Below, piece by piece: positions 50,041-62,059 of a stretch of DNA of 62,059 nt; within the stretch, counting starts at the first letter, position 1, and each line of letters begins with the position of its first letter. Under the pieces are notes generated by a model, which was given only the letters and a program-made list of their open reading frames with translations, ran no database searches and was not told the DNA's origin. This DNA is from Octopus bimaculoides. Lineage: Eukaryota. Made by a program: the position numbers and the translations under genes. The DNA is taken from the NCBI RefSeq assembly GCF_001194135.2, contig NC_068985.1:3781375-3843433 (forward strand), in the 5' to 3' direction.

Positions 50041-50429
50041 CAGATAAAAGTTATTTGACATCTAATAATAATTCTGCTTGTCACTGCGTTACTTAGCCCG
50101 TTGGTAACGCTTTCACGTGATTAGAGAAAAAGAGGGAGAGAGAAGCGTCCATGACGCGAGGCAAAAGGAATGTAATTATTACACTTTCACGTGATTAGTC
50201 GAAATGAAAGAGAGGAGAAAGAAAAAGAGAATATGGAGAAGAGTGAGACAGAAAGGAGAGAAAAACGGAGAGCAATGCACCCATGACGCGAGATAGGGGG
50301 AATACAATAGTTATTTCGTGATTACAAGAGTTAGTTGTAGGTAAAAGAGGAGAGTTAAAAATATAATTTTAGCAGAGGGGTGAGTTCTGATGGTGTGGTT
50401 AAAGAAAGGTAGAAAGAGGAGAAGGGAGA

Positions 50430-50568
50430 GAGATGATGACGGTAGTGGTAGTGTTAGTGGTGGTATTGGTGGTGATGGAGGTGTTGGTGTTGGTATTGAT
50501 GAAGGTGGTGGTGGTGGTGGTGGTGGTGTTGATGGAGGTGGTGGTGGTGGAGATGGAGGCGGTGGTGA
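50430..50568. repeat. (GGT/GAT)n low-complexity repeat
   Basis: Direct reading. Confidence 0.85.
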
Positions 50569-50988
50569 CTGGATAGTGAAAAGCATATTTTCTTTTTTTA
50601 AATTGAACTAATATTTTTTTTATATATATCACCTCTCACTTAACGCATGCGAATAAGTGCAATTCCGTGAAACATTCACGCTTGCTTACGTGGCAAATAT
50701 ATGCAATTTAACAAAAGGTTGTATCATATGTACAGGATATGTTTTGGGTTTATGGGGAAAATGGAAAAATAAGGGTAAATGTTTATTTCATGAGCGCTGT
50801 GTATTAAGTCTATACAATTGTGCATAAGGTACATAAAGTGTATATATAAAGTGGATTAAGTAATCATCGTATTCCAATTTTTTGCACTTTTCAATGATTA
50901 GCAGATGAGCGACTATCTTTCTATACAGACACAACACAGGCTGCGCTTTCAGAGTTTTTGGATAAAGTTTTCAGAAATAACCCAATCG

Positions 50989-51270
50989 GTAACACGAATG
51001 TGGAATCTAAAAACAGAAACAATTCCTATCATATTGGGCGCATTAGGTATGAAAAAAAATATTCAAACAGATACATAACAAAAACACCAGGACTTACAAA
51101 TATATATAACACACAGAAAATAGCATTACTAGGCACTGCACACATCCTACGCAAAACTCTTTCAATACAGTAACCATAAGAGCATCACAGCAAACCACAG
51201 CACGTACCCAAGGTACACATAGCTGCGCTCGGTAGTGAAGTGAAAGCACGCTATGAAAATAAAACCACTG
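50989..51270 (+). mobile_element. R4/Dong-like LINE 3' fragment with (TAA)n/(CAA)n tail (to about 51462)
   Basis: VTRMWNLKTETIPIILGALG...QKIALLGTAHILRKTLSIQ*; same family as 11082-11402. Confidence 0.85.
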
Positions 51271-51271
51271 G

Positions 51272-51317
<46 letters not shown>

Positions 51318-51328
51318 TAATAATAATG

Positions 51329-51398
<70 letters not shown>

Positions 51399-51417
51399 TG
51401 ATGATGATGATAATGAT

Positions 51418-51459
<42 letters not shown>

Positions 51460-51876
51460 AATATAGATTATGTTATAAAACAATGAATCTGTATGAAAAA
51501 CAGTTTTGAATTATCTTAATGGCAGCATTAAGTAAATGGGTGAAAAAAATATTCCTTTCGTGCAGAAATTGGATTTCTCTGATAAGACAACGGAATGATG
51601 CTGTTGTTTACAGCAGTGAATTACCGAACTTGAAAAATCTTGACAAGATCGTATTAAAAATCTCTTTTGGGATCATGTTTTTAATACCAGAAGTCTCAAA
51701 TAAGTGCTGCTTCTAATCTAGGCATTCATACATGCATCTATGCATACATTCAAGCTTATGCATTTTACTACGTAACAACATAAACACCCAAATGTGCGTT
51801 TAAACACGTTACGGTTTCAAGTATTCCATATGCACCAATATACATATGTGTGTGCGTGTATATATATATATATATG

Positions 51877-52025
51877 TAGTTGAAATTTACATAAAAACAA
51901 AAGGCGAAGACAGGTGTATAAACAACAAGCAAGTGTATTAGTTTAACGCTCTCGAAGGTGAGAATGTCTTTTACGTTTCGTGCCTACGCTCTTCAAAAGA
52001 AAGGAACACGAGAAAATAAACACAC
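51877..52025 (-). mobile_element. Family C pLTR 3' end with variant hammerhead (51968-52003), ending at (TA)n
   Basis: Minus strand cttt-CTTTTGA-a-gagc(gtag)gcac-GAAA-cg-TA-aaag, then gagcgttaaactaatac as at 36425-36440. Confidence 0.65.
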
Positions 52026-52141
52026 ACACACACACACACATACACACACACGCACACACACACACACACATACACACACACGCACACACACACACACACA
52101 CATACACACACACGCACACACACACACACACACATACATAC

Positions 52142-52194
<53 letters not shown>

Positions 52195-52297
52195 CATATA
52201 CATATACACATATATATATACGCGCATGCGTGTGTGTATTGCATGTTTTTGAAAAAACTTGTCCTCTTTTTTCTTTAATCTTATTCATTCATTGATA

Positions 52298-52342
<45 letters not shown>

Positions 52343-53978
52343 GTGTACATGTATGTAGGTATACGCACAAACCTATGCAGATGGATAGACAGACAGACAG
52401 ATAGGCAGGCAGACAGATAGATAAAAAGACGGTGTAGGAGAAAGCGACGTATATATTTAGATAAGGAAAGCAAGAAAAAGAGGGAATGAGAAATAACACG
52501 AGAAGGGAGACAGCAATAAAACGCGGTCATATATTTAGAAGTGACGGATTTCTACACAAACACGATGTAATGTTTTATCGACTGCAGGCAATGGCAAATG
52601 CAATAAAGAATACGGAAAATCTGAAGAGAAGGTCGGTTGGGCCAATAGGGAATTGTACAAGATAAAAATTAGTGTTACGTGAGATGGCTCGGCGTAAAAA
52701 TCATCTTTAAATATACATTCACACCTATGGAGGCATTTGAATATGTAATAACATTTATATAAGCTAAAGGAACGGACATCGACGTTTAGATATAGATGTT
52801 TTGGTGCATGTATATATATGCATACACACATAAGTACATGCTAATATACATACACAAGGATACGCACCCGTACATATATACACCCATTTCTGTTTGTACA
52901 TGCAAATGGATCATAAACCATATATATATATATATATATGCAAACATGGTCGTATTAAGAAAATATATATTTGAAATCTCTCTCTCTCTCTCTCTTTTCA
53001 TACACACATATACAAACATACCTGCATACATAAAGCATACATACAAGCATTCATACATGAATTCATACATACATATATACATACATACATTTAAGCATGC
53101 ACATATGTTATATATGTATGTATATATNNNNNNNNNNNNNNNNNNNNNNNNNNNNNNNNNNNNNNNNNNNNNNNNNNNNNNNNNNNNNNNNNNNNNNNNN
53201 NNNNNNNNNNNNNNNNNNNNNNNNNNNNNNNNNNNNNNNNNNNNNNNNNNNNNNNNNTATATATATATATATATATATATATGCATGTATGTATGTATGC
53301 ACACATACACACACATATATATGCATGTATGTATATATTCATACATGTGTATAAATATGAATATTGTCTCTCTACTCTGTATTTATATTTTTCCGTGGAG
53401 GAAATCAATAGAGAAGACACTATCTATAACCAATAATCTCTCTTCCATTATCGGAATATATTCTTCGATCGTATATTTGTTTCCAAGCTTTACACAAATA
53501 ACAAGCACTGCTTTTTTTTTTTAAACAGTGTTTTATTTGGTTTATTTTTGGTTTTCCTTCCTACATTCAATCCAATTTGCTCTCGTCTCTCTTCTTTTTT
53601 TCTTTTTTGAAAATATCTGTAGTAATTTGATTAAATCATTCTACTATATTTATGAAATTTTATTATTATATATGCGTTAGATTTACTAGGAAGGTTGCTG
53701 TGGCGGATATTGTATTTCTTGCCTTTTTCATCGCCTTTTCTCTTTGTTATTGTTGATGATATCATATAAGTTTCTAAAAGACCGATTGCTACATGTTTGT
53801 CTGTGATGAATGCTGTAGAACAGCGGAGAATATATATAGGTAAGTTCTTTCCCAATGGCCAGAATATGCGACTTAGCTCCGTATATCCGTTTAAACGCCA
53901 TGCTTCTGTACGCAGACGGATCATCTTTTGAAAACTATTTCGAAATCTTAGCATTTCATTTCTGTTCCCGTATCTTGT

Positions 53979-54303
53979 GAAAGCGCGTGGCTTACTGTTT
54001 AGATTATTCGGCTGGCGCTCGGAAGGTCGTGATCTCAATTCCCAGCGGCACGTTGTATCCTTGATCAGGACCCTTTTTTTATATTTTGCGTTGCTCCAGT
54101 CCACTCAGCTGGCAAAAATGAACCGTACCTGTATTGCAAAGGGCCAACCTTTTTCGATTCTGCCGCACGCTAGACCTCCCTGACAACTATGTTTAAAATA
54201 CGTGTGCCTGTGGTGTGCTCAACCGCTTGCACGCTTACTTCACGAGCAAGCTGTTCCGTTGATCGAATCAACTAGAACATTCAGCGTCGCAACCGATGGA
54301 GTA
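53979..54303 (+). mobile_element. SINE S2, diverged
   Basis: gcgcgtggctta...ggcacgttgtatccttga...cacgagcaagctgttccgttgatcg. Confidence 0.85.
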
Positions 54304-54665
54304 ACAGTTAAGTGTATAAGACATAGCATAGATTGAACATAAGAATGTTTAAGTACATAAGCACAGAAAAAAGGTTTTTAAAAAAGCCAAAAAATAAAAA
54401 GGAAAAGAACAGAAGGCGGAATGCTTCCTAACCATTTCCTCGCTTCGCTTTTTCAGTTTTGTCACCGGAACCATTTTGTCATACATCCATTTCAAAGACA
54501 ATTTCAAAATCTTTGTTCAACTATTCGTAAGATGGTCCCACAATGTGGGAACGGTCGCTGTACTGTGCCCATGGCTAAAACATAACTGTTAATAATCAAG
54601 GCTGCTTACTTGTAAGAAAATAACAATTTGTGATATCGTTTAATACATAAAGTTTATAGGTCAGA

Positions 54666-55215
54666 CAGGGCCGTCGCTAAGTCACTGCAACCCTTGCGGT
54701 TGCAGGGGGGGGGGAGACCGCGGTGGAGGGGCCCCATGTTAAGATCAAAGTATGGAGATGAGTCATCTACTTACTTTGGTTAAAATGCTGAGCAAGAATT
54801 AAGCTAAGTTAACTAAAAATGTCAAGAAATAAAATGGTAACACATTGTACCTGCAAAAGTTCTTGTAAAAATATTACATTGTACCATGAACGAGTCCCAG
54901 ACTTTGTAGATTGTCTATGATTTCTATTGGACACGAACTTAGCTCTCAGCTTGATTATTCAGAAGTGATCAGTGATTTTATGAAGCGAAAAGTGCGCTCT
55001 GATTGTCTTTGAAAGTTGCCTGGATTATAAAAGTGCTCTCTTATTCATATCTGGAAGTTTTACTTATTGAAATTTGTAATAGACCTAAATAAATTTAACT
55101 TGTAATTTTAAAGAGGTTCTTTAGGATAACGTGAAATATTGAGCTTTAGCTAGAATAAGGTAAAATATAGCTGTGAATAAAAGGTGAATTTTCATTGAAG
55201 GGGCGGGGCCTCGAA
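54666..55215 (+). mobile_element. Non-autonomous hAT-type element remnant with transposase C-terminus
   Basis: Starts CAGGGCCGTCG (hAT-like TIR); 54899-55012 encodes RLCRLSMISIGHELSSQLDYSEVISDFMKRKVR, matching the hAT/ZMYM1-like ERL..L..LSIE.E....LD...VI..FA..K.R C-terminus; no matching right TIR seen. Confidence 0.65.
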
Positions 55216-55347
55216 ACAAGTAAGAGATAAAAGACACGATAGATAGATAAATAGATAGATAGATAGATCGATAGATAGATAGATAGATCGACAGACAAAC
55301 AGATAGTCAGACAGACAGACAGACAGATAGATAGATAGATAGATAAC

Positions 55348-56973
55348 TTTCTTTATTGGCCGCACAGGGCTGAACACAGAGGGGACAAATATAAATGTAG
55401 AGCTTTTCTTTACGAAAATGAAAAAGAAAAAGGGGAAAAAAGCGAAAAAAAAAAGTAAAATTCCGATCAAAAGGGGTTGGAAAAAAAAGCGATCAAAAGG
55501 GATCGTGTATCATAGAAGAAAATTTTTAAATGTAAGAAGCAAGATTAGGTTTATCTGTGGAAAGAAAAGCCTACGGAAAAGACCAAGGTAACCTCAGGCA
55601 GGGAGGGAATAAACACACGAGAGTAAAGTGCTCTCCCTCACTCGTTTTTCGATTTACAAGATCATGCTCAAAGTGATTTCGTCACTCGCACGCACCATCT
55701 TTGCTACATTCCTCCATCTTTTTTGAAACTTTCACGAGACAAAACCTGCCTCTCCATTCTCACCTTCCTTTTCAAGTGGTACTTGAAAAAGTTGATGAGC
55801 AATTGGCCAGAGAGGTAAGTATTTGTCTCTAATCCTTTCGCTCGAGTCCACCACACACATTCTTTCACCATGGCCACCAGTAAGATGAAGACCGCCTTGC
55901 ATTCCCGGTTGAGAGAAGGTGGCGGGGCAATTGTCACAATAGACTCGGCCGACAGGCGGGCTCGTCCCACACGTGACAGTAGCCATTCGGCATAAGCCCG
56001 CAGGTCCGAAATGGTTGGACACTGCACGAGTGCGTGCAGAACGGTTTCGTCGCTCTGACCGCATCTCGGGCAAGTCGGTCCGGTGTGTCTCGNNNNNNNN
56101 NNCTGACCGCATCTCGGGCAAGTCGGTCCGGTGTGTCTCGAATCGCACCTGTAGAGCTTATCCCGAACAGGTAATGCTTCTCGACAGCACTGCCAGGTCT
56201 GGGATCTTTGGTGATTGTCCATAGGTCCCGACCCGAAAGTTGTCCTGAACAGGCGGGTCAAGTGTTCCTCATCGACGCCCAGATTCTGCCCGAGAACGTT
56301 GTCACACCTCCCCTCCACTAATCCTCTATAGAAAGCCTTTGTTGTAATGAAGTCGCACAAGTTTGATCCCAGACGGCNNNNNNNNNNNNNNNNNNNNNNN
56401 NNNNNNNNNNNNNNNNNNNNNNNNNNNNNNNNNNNNNNNNNNNNNNNNNNNNNNNNNNNNNNNNNNNNNNNNNNNNNNNNNNNNNNNNNNNNNNNNNNNN
56501 NNNNNNNNNNNNNNNNNNNNNNNNNNNNNNNNNNNNNNNNNNNNNNNNNNNNNNNNNNNNNNNNNNNNNNNNNNNNNNNNNNNNNNNNNNNNNNNNNNNN
56601 NNNNNNNNNNNNNNNNNNNNNNNNNNNNNNNNNNNNNNNNNNNNNNNNNNNNNNNNNNNNNNNNNNNNNNNNNNNNNNNNNNNNNNNNNNNNNNNNNNNN
56701 NNNNNNNNNNNNNNNNNNNNNNNNNNNNNNNNNNNNNNNNNNNNNNNNNNNNNNNNNNNNNNNNNNNNNNNNNNNNNNNNNNNNNNNNNNNNNNNNNNNN
56801 NNNNNNNNNNNNNNNNNNNNNNNNNNNNNNNNNNNNNNNNNNNNNNNNNNNNNNNNNNNNNNNNNNNNNNGTTGACAACAAATGGATCACCTAACCATCG
56901 GAACGCTTCTCTTCCACAAGAAGCGGAAGAGTATGCGTTCCAGCTTGGTGATGGTAGGGTCGGGACAAGGTAC
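55348..56973 (-). pseudogene. 5'-truncated Tx1-like (L1-Tx1 clade) LINE ORF2 3' part, flanked on both sides by (GATA/GACA)n
   Basis: VPCPDPTITKLERILFRFLWKRSVPMVR (post-RT), ALPVRDKL, Zn-knuckle CPRCGQSDETVLHALVQC, C-terminal LINFFKYHLKRKVRMER; 3' UTR ends in aataaagaaa; gaps at 56093-56102 and 56378-56870. Confidence 0.88.
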
Positions 56974-56976
56974 TAG

Positions 56977-57033
<57 letters not shown>

Positions 57034-60000
57034 CAGGCAGATAGAGAGACAGAGAGAGAGACAGATAGATAGATATATAGACAGACAGACAGATAGAGAG
57101 ATACATGCATACATAATAGATACATGCATACATATACATAGGTAGACAGACAGACAGTCAGACAGACAGACAGACAGACAGATAGACAGATCATTAACGG
57201 AAAGACATTTAGTTCGACGGTGTATTATTAATGCATACAAATTTACTCATTTACGCATTAGATAAATACTATTTCATTTGTTCGTAATATATTTATCCCA
57301 ATTAATAATATGGGTTCTTGATTTCAAATCAGTTAAATTTAATTCTCACTTCTGTGTATTCAAAACAATGTATTACTTCCTTAGATCTCTCGATTTCACA
57401 TTGAATAGATCCGCCTGTCTCTTCTAGTGATTATAACATACAGATTCGTGTTGAACGACATCTGAACGCTATTTCTAAATGCATTCAATATACTGATTCA
57501 TTCACTCAATCATTTATTTACTCCGTGCTAAGGTTGCGTTATGGAAAAGTCGATGTATATTTCATATCTCTCAACTCATTGCAAATGGTATTTCAAGTTT
57601 ATTATGTAAATAATATAGCAGAATATGTGAATAAGTACTGAAAATTTCACGTTAAAAGATATATTACACTCACTTAGTTGCATCAGTAAACATTTATGTT
57701 ACTTGACGTAAAAATACGCCTGAGGTTAGGAAATATGAGGTATGTTAACATTAATACGTTAGCTTATACATACATAATACATATATACATACATACATAC
57801 ATACACAGACACATTTATGTATACATATATGTATATATANNNNNNNNNNNNNNNNNNNNNNNNNNNNNNNNNNNNNNNNNNNNNNNNNNNNNNNNNNNNN
57901 NNNNNNNNNNNNNNNNNNNNNNNNNNNNNNNNNNNNNNNNNNNNNNNNNNNNNNNNNNNNNNNNNNNNNNNNNNNNNNNNNNNNNNNNNNNNNNNNNNNN
58001 NNNNNNTGTGTGTGTGTGTACATATGCATGTATTTGTATATTCACAAACACAAACACACTCAAATACACATATGTATATAACTGTCTCAGTTATAAACTT
58101 AGGAGATATTGGAAAAGTAGATATTTTCAAGAAAATAGAGGCAGAAGAAATATTCTACCTCGAATTAAATGGGGATGAAACAGTTTTAATGAGAAGGAAA
58201 TATGCTGATGTTGAAAGTAAGAGAGTAGTGTTGGAAGAGGCAAAAATACAGAGAACTGAGAAGCCGAGGACAATCGGTGGCAAAGATAAAGTTTTTCGAA
58301 ACCGAGACAATTTGAAATATCACTGTATTTGTGTAGTTATTGTTCGGGAACATTTGGCTTTTCAGTTCTAGATTAAGTGCTTATCGGAGTGTTTGTATTT
58401 TTCAGACTTCTTTGATCTGAGTTGTTATTTTAACATCTTTATAATTCAGAAGTTTGATATATACGTGGTGTGGAGGGAAATGTTTCAGTAAGTTTCGAAA
58501 AATATTAACAATAGGCTTGTGAATTATATAAGCTTAACATATGTCAAATAAGTACATTGGTTATATTATATTTTTAATGCGTAGCGCCTTCTACAGAATT
58601 CTTTATTGTAGTGGTTGGACTCTTTTTGAAAACATTCATTCGCAGCGAAGGAAGATTGCTTAAGGATATACATCAAACAAAAATTTTAATAACACAATTA
58701 CTGTGATTAAATCATTTATGAATGTACTAAAACCCATCAGTTTGTGAGGTTAATACGAGAGTGGTGTGATTAAATGCAGCATCAAGAAAACTGACGATGT
58801 TTAAACGACATTCAACTGTAATTGAGAAACCATTTAAAGTTCGGAATATTTCAGTGGTTTCAGATTAAAATTATGTAATAATTAGAGATAATCATCTAGT
58901 TATAATAACTAGCCTTGATTATCTTGTAGCTATAGGGGAGAATTTAACATGTAATTTATTTCCATTGTATAATTCAACTTTAATGCTGACCTTGGCTGAT
59001 TCCTTTGAGCTGATTCTAACGTCAAAGGGAAAATTATTTTATTTCATTTGTTCTCTTAATAGATGCGCTTTATTGTGCTTGATTAAGTGCAGCTGTAGGA
59101 GTAATTGTAGGATAATAATTCTTTTGTGTTGAAAGCAAAACTGATTATATTCTGGGTTGTACTAAACTTCTTCTTTATCATTGAATTTCTACTTTTCCAA
59201 AAAGAGGGAGATGTGACCGAAGATTCAATTTGGAATGGTAAAATCTAATATAGTTTTACAATTGATACCTATTTCTGTTTTTGTAAACTATTGGAACAGT
59301 GGCAGGTACAATTTAGTTCATGATCTCTAAATGTGAAGTATGTGTTTTGTGTTGCAGCATTTGAACACTATCATCTGTATAGTTCACAGACAATTTTTTA
59401 GTACTTTTATGAATACCGTTTACGTCGAAATAGTTATTGTCTCTTGGATAAAGATTATTACTCAAACCACATTGTAAACACTGCAAAGTTTGTTGATCGT
59501 AGTTTTTTTTATTTTTATATTCTCTCATTTGATGGAAGCAAAACATCGTTGTTTGTTATTAACATTTAATCTTCTTCCTAAGTTCCTTCAAAAGAGGCTT
59601 AATATTTTTTTTTGAACGAGATGTATTTGAACAGAAAGAATAAATCCTTCCAAAATGGTTGGAATAAATTGTTAGGAAAACGTCATTTTATTATTTGCAA
59701 ACCAAATTTATTTTTTATTTTGTCCTCAATTCTTTTAGAAGCAGTAAAAGTTTCATCCATTACACTAAGTAAATCTTTTGCTTTATATGATAACCTTTTA
59801 AGTAGAGTTTATTTGAAGGCAACGGCATACTTAAGATATACGTATGTGCTTTTCGTTGGATCCTTCATATCTCTTTTTTGTTCAGAACGGTTTCTACCAT
59901 AAAGGGGAGTTTATCAATATTAGCGATTTTATTCCTATATTAATACGAAAGAAAACGCTAACTATAAAGACCAATACGTGGGGTAGAGTTAAATGTTTAT

Positions 60001-60610
60001 TTTACAAAGTTACAGTTAATTTCAAAACCGTGGTGCCAAAACTTGATGTGTGATATTTATCAATAAGTTAGAGATGTTTATGATGAGAGTTCAAGCAACG
60101 GGACGGGCAGCGAGGAATTATCGATAATCAGAAGGAATCAATCGAAATTTATATTAGAATGACTAGATTAACAATTTCCAAAGAGATTAATATTTTAACT
60201 ATATGATTTTATATGTATTGTAAATGAAAAGAATAAAGTTGCATCAGACGGAAAAAAAACTGTTATCTTGGAAAACAATTACCATCCGTGAAATAACTGA
60301 CACAAACTGTATTGTCACATAGAGAGGCGTTTTTTCCATTGGTAGAGAAGAATATTTTAATAAATATTTAATTAATTATTTTGTGAATCCTCATATATCA
60401 AAAATGGTACTGAAAAGATTCTTACCCTCAAACAATGGAATTTTATAATTTTATTATGGATAAGAATCGAAACAATTGGATGTAATTTGTATTTAATAGT
60501 TATTATGTTATTATGTTATATTATTATAAGAATATAATATAATATAATATGATGTTAATAAATTTTAGCTTTTGACTTGACATTTGTATATCTCCATTTT
60601 CTTAACATTG

Positions 60611-60975
60611 TGGGTGTGTGGTAAGAAACTTGCTTTCCAAACACATGGTTCCGGGTTCAGTCTCACTGCATGGCACCTTGCGCAAGTGTCTTCTGCTATA
60701 GCCTCGGGCCGACCAAAGACTTGTGAGTAGATTTGTTAGACGGAGACTGAAAGAAGCCCGTCGTGTGTGTGTGCGTGTGTGTTCGTGTGTGCTTGTGTGT
60801 TCGTGTGTGTGTGCGTGTGTGTTCGTGTGTGTTTGTGCTTGTCCCACCCACCACCGTTTGACACCGATGTTGGTGTGTTTACGTCCTCGTAACATAGCGG
60901 TTCCGCAAAAGAGACTGATAGAATAAGTACTAGGCTTACAAAGAATAAGTCCTGGGGTCAATGTGTTCGATTTAA
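60611..60975 (+). mobile_element. SINE S3, near full length with internal (GT)n
   Basis: Head ggtaagaaacttgc...gggttcagtctcactgc; 3' module ttacgtcctcgtaac...gaataagtactaggcttacaaagaataagtcctggggtc. Confidence 0.88.
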
Positions 60976-61828
60976 TCAAGGAGCTACCTTCCAAGTCTTC
61001 TGATGTTATCAGCCTCATGTATGCCAACTTGGTCAAGGGATGCGCTTCGACACTTTGTAGTTAAAAGATGCTGCCGAAGGGATATGATTCGGCATTCAAA
61101 GGCATTTTGGATCAATGTTAAGCCTCTCCCGCCTTGTTTTCTTTTTAGGAAGAGGTGGTCTCCGTCACTGTCGATGATAGAAATTATGTGTGCTGGTTAG
61201 TATCTTCCGGGTTTTCGCGTCAAGCGTCCAACCAAGCAACCCAAATGCTGGTATGAGTACTGGCACTGCAAACACATTGTGGGCCGTTGTTTTATTGAAT
61301 GCAGAGAGTTCTGAAGTCAATATTTTCTTTATTCGGCTGTAATATTCTTTAGTGACATGTATTTTGTTACAGGTGCCGTCGTAAGTTATCTATGTACGTA
61401 CATATGTATGTATGCACGCATGTATGTATAAAGCATTTCAGTCGTGACCATTTCACTGAATTCAGATATTATGAACCGCAGTGCATAATTATGTTTTATT
61501 AGTTTTGTATATGGTTATACAAACTTAACGTTTGTTTTTCATCCAAATTTCGCTTCTGAATAATTTATTCTCTGAAGTCATGTGAAGTCTGTTACGTAAC
61601 CCCACCAAAACTTGGAGGTCAAGCTTAGAAAGAGTTGCTAAGCAATGGCAATACGTTCAGTCGACCGGATACAGGTAATATCCATTTCTCGTTTATATTA
61701 CACCATACTGTTTTAGAAAATGAAACACACTTTAGAAACATTCTCTTACATATACGGACAAAAGTTAGTATTGAAAACAAGGAAATGGGAATCCGATGCT
61801 ATCATATAACTACCGTTATATGATAGCA

Positions 61829-62022
61829 GGCGTAGGAGTGGCTGTGTGGTAAGAATCGAGGCGTAGGAGTGGCTGTGGTAAGTAGCTTGCTTACCAGCCA
61901 GATGGTTACGGGTTCAGTCCCATTGCGTGGCACCTTGGGCAAGTGTCTTCTACTATGGCCTCGGGCCGACCAAAGCCTTGTGAGTGGATTTGGTAAACGG
62001 AAACTGAAAGAAGCCCGTCGTA

Positions 62023-62059
<37 letters not shown>
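61829..62059 (+). mobile_element. SINE S3 head with duplicated 5' 25 nt (cut by window end)
   Basis: ggcgtaggagtggctgtg(tg)gtaag at 61829 and again at 61860. Confidence 0.88.

Noticed and set aside
50390-50611. Gly-rich or Pro-rich ORFs
   Set aside because: Derived from a (GGT)n low-complexity tract.

Overview
This is eukaryotic, AT-rich, microsatellite-dense scaffold sequence with 18 N-gaps (about 5.9 kb of N). The repeat repertoire points to an octopus or other coleoid cephalopod genome; this is an inference from pattern recognition, not a database match. I find no host protein-coding gene, rRNA, bona fide tRNA or CRISPR array that I can support, and most ORFs in the track are translated microsatellites or gap-spanning artefacts. 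The recognisable content is transposable-element debris: three tRNA-derived SINE families, R4/Dong-like and other RLE-type LINE fragments, Tx1-like LINE 3' ends, an RTE/RTEX remnant, mariner, Tc1/pogo and hAT remnants, and a Penelope-like GIY-YIG end. The most notable signal is a set of about 9-10 minimal type I hammerhead ribozyme motifs from at least 6 unrelated sequence families. Several sit in short non-coding foldback insertions with a shared architecture: an inverted arm, a sense arm, a 42-56 nt unpaired 3' tail, and either 12-13 bp target-site duplications (TSDs) or (TA)n flanks. One of these (24319-24728) carries a tRNA-like Pol III head, which suggests a hammerhead-bearing SINE mobilised by Penelope-like machinery. 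Two further points: one SINE subfamily shares its 3' end with the Tx1-like LINE, and different LINE families sit in different microsatellites.
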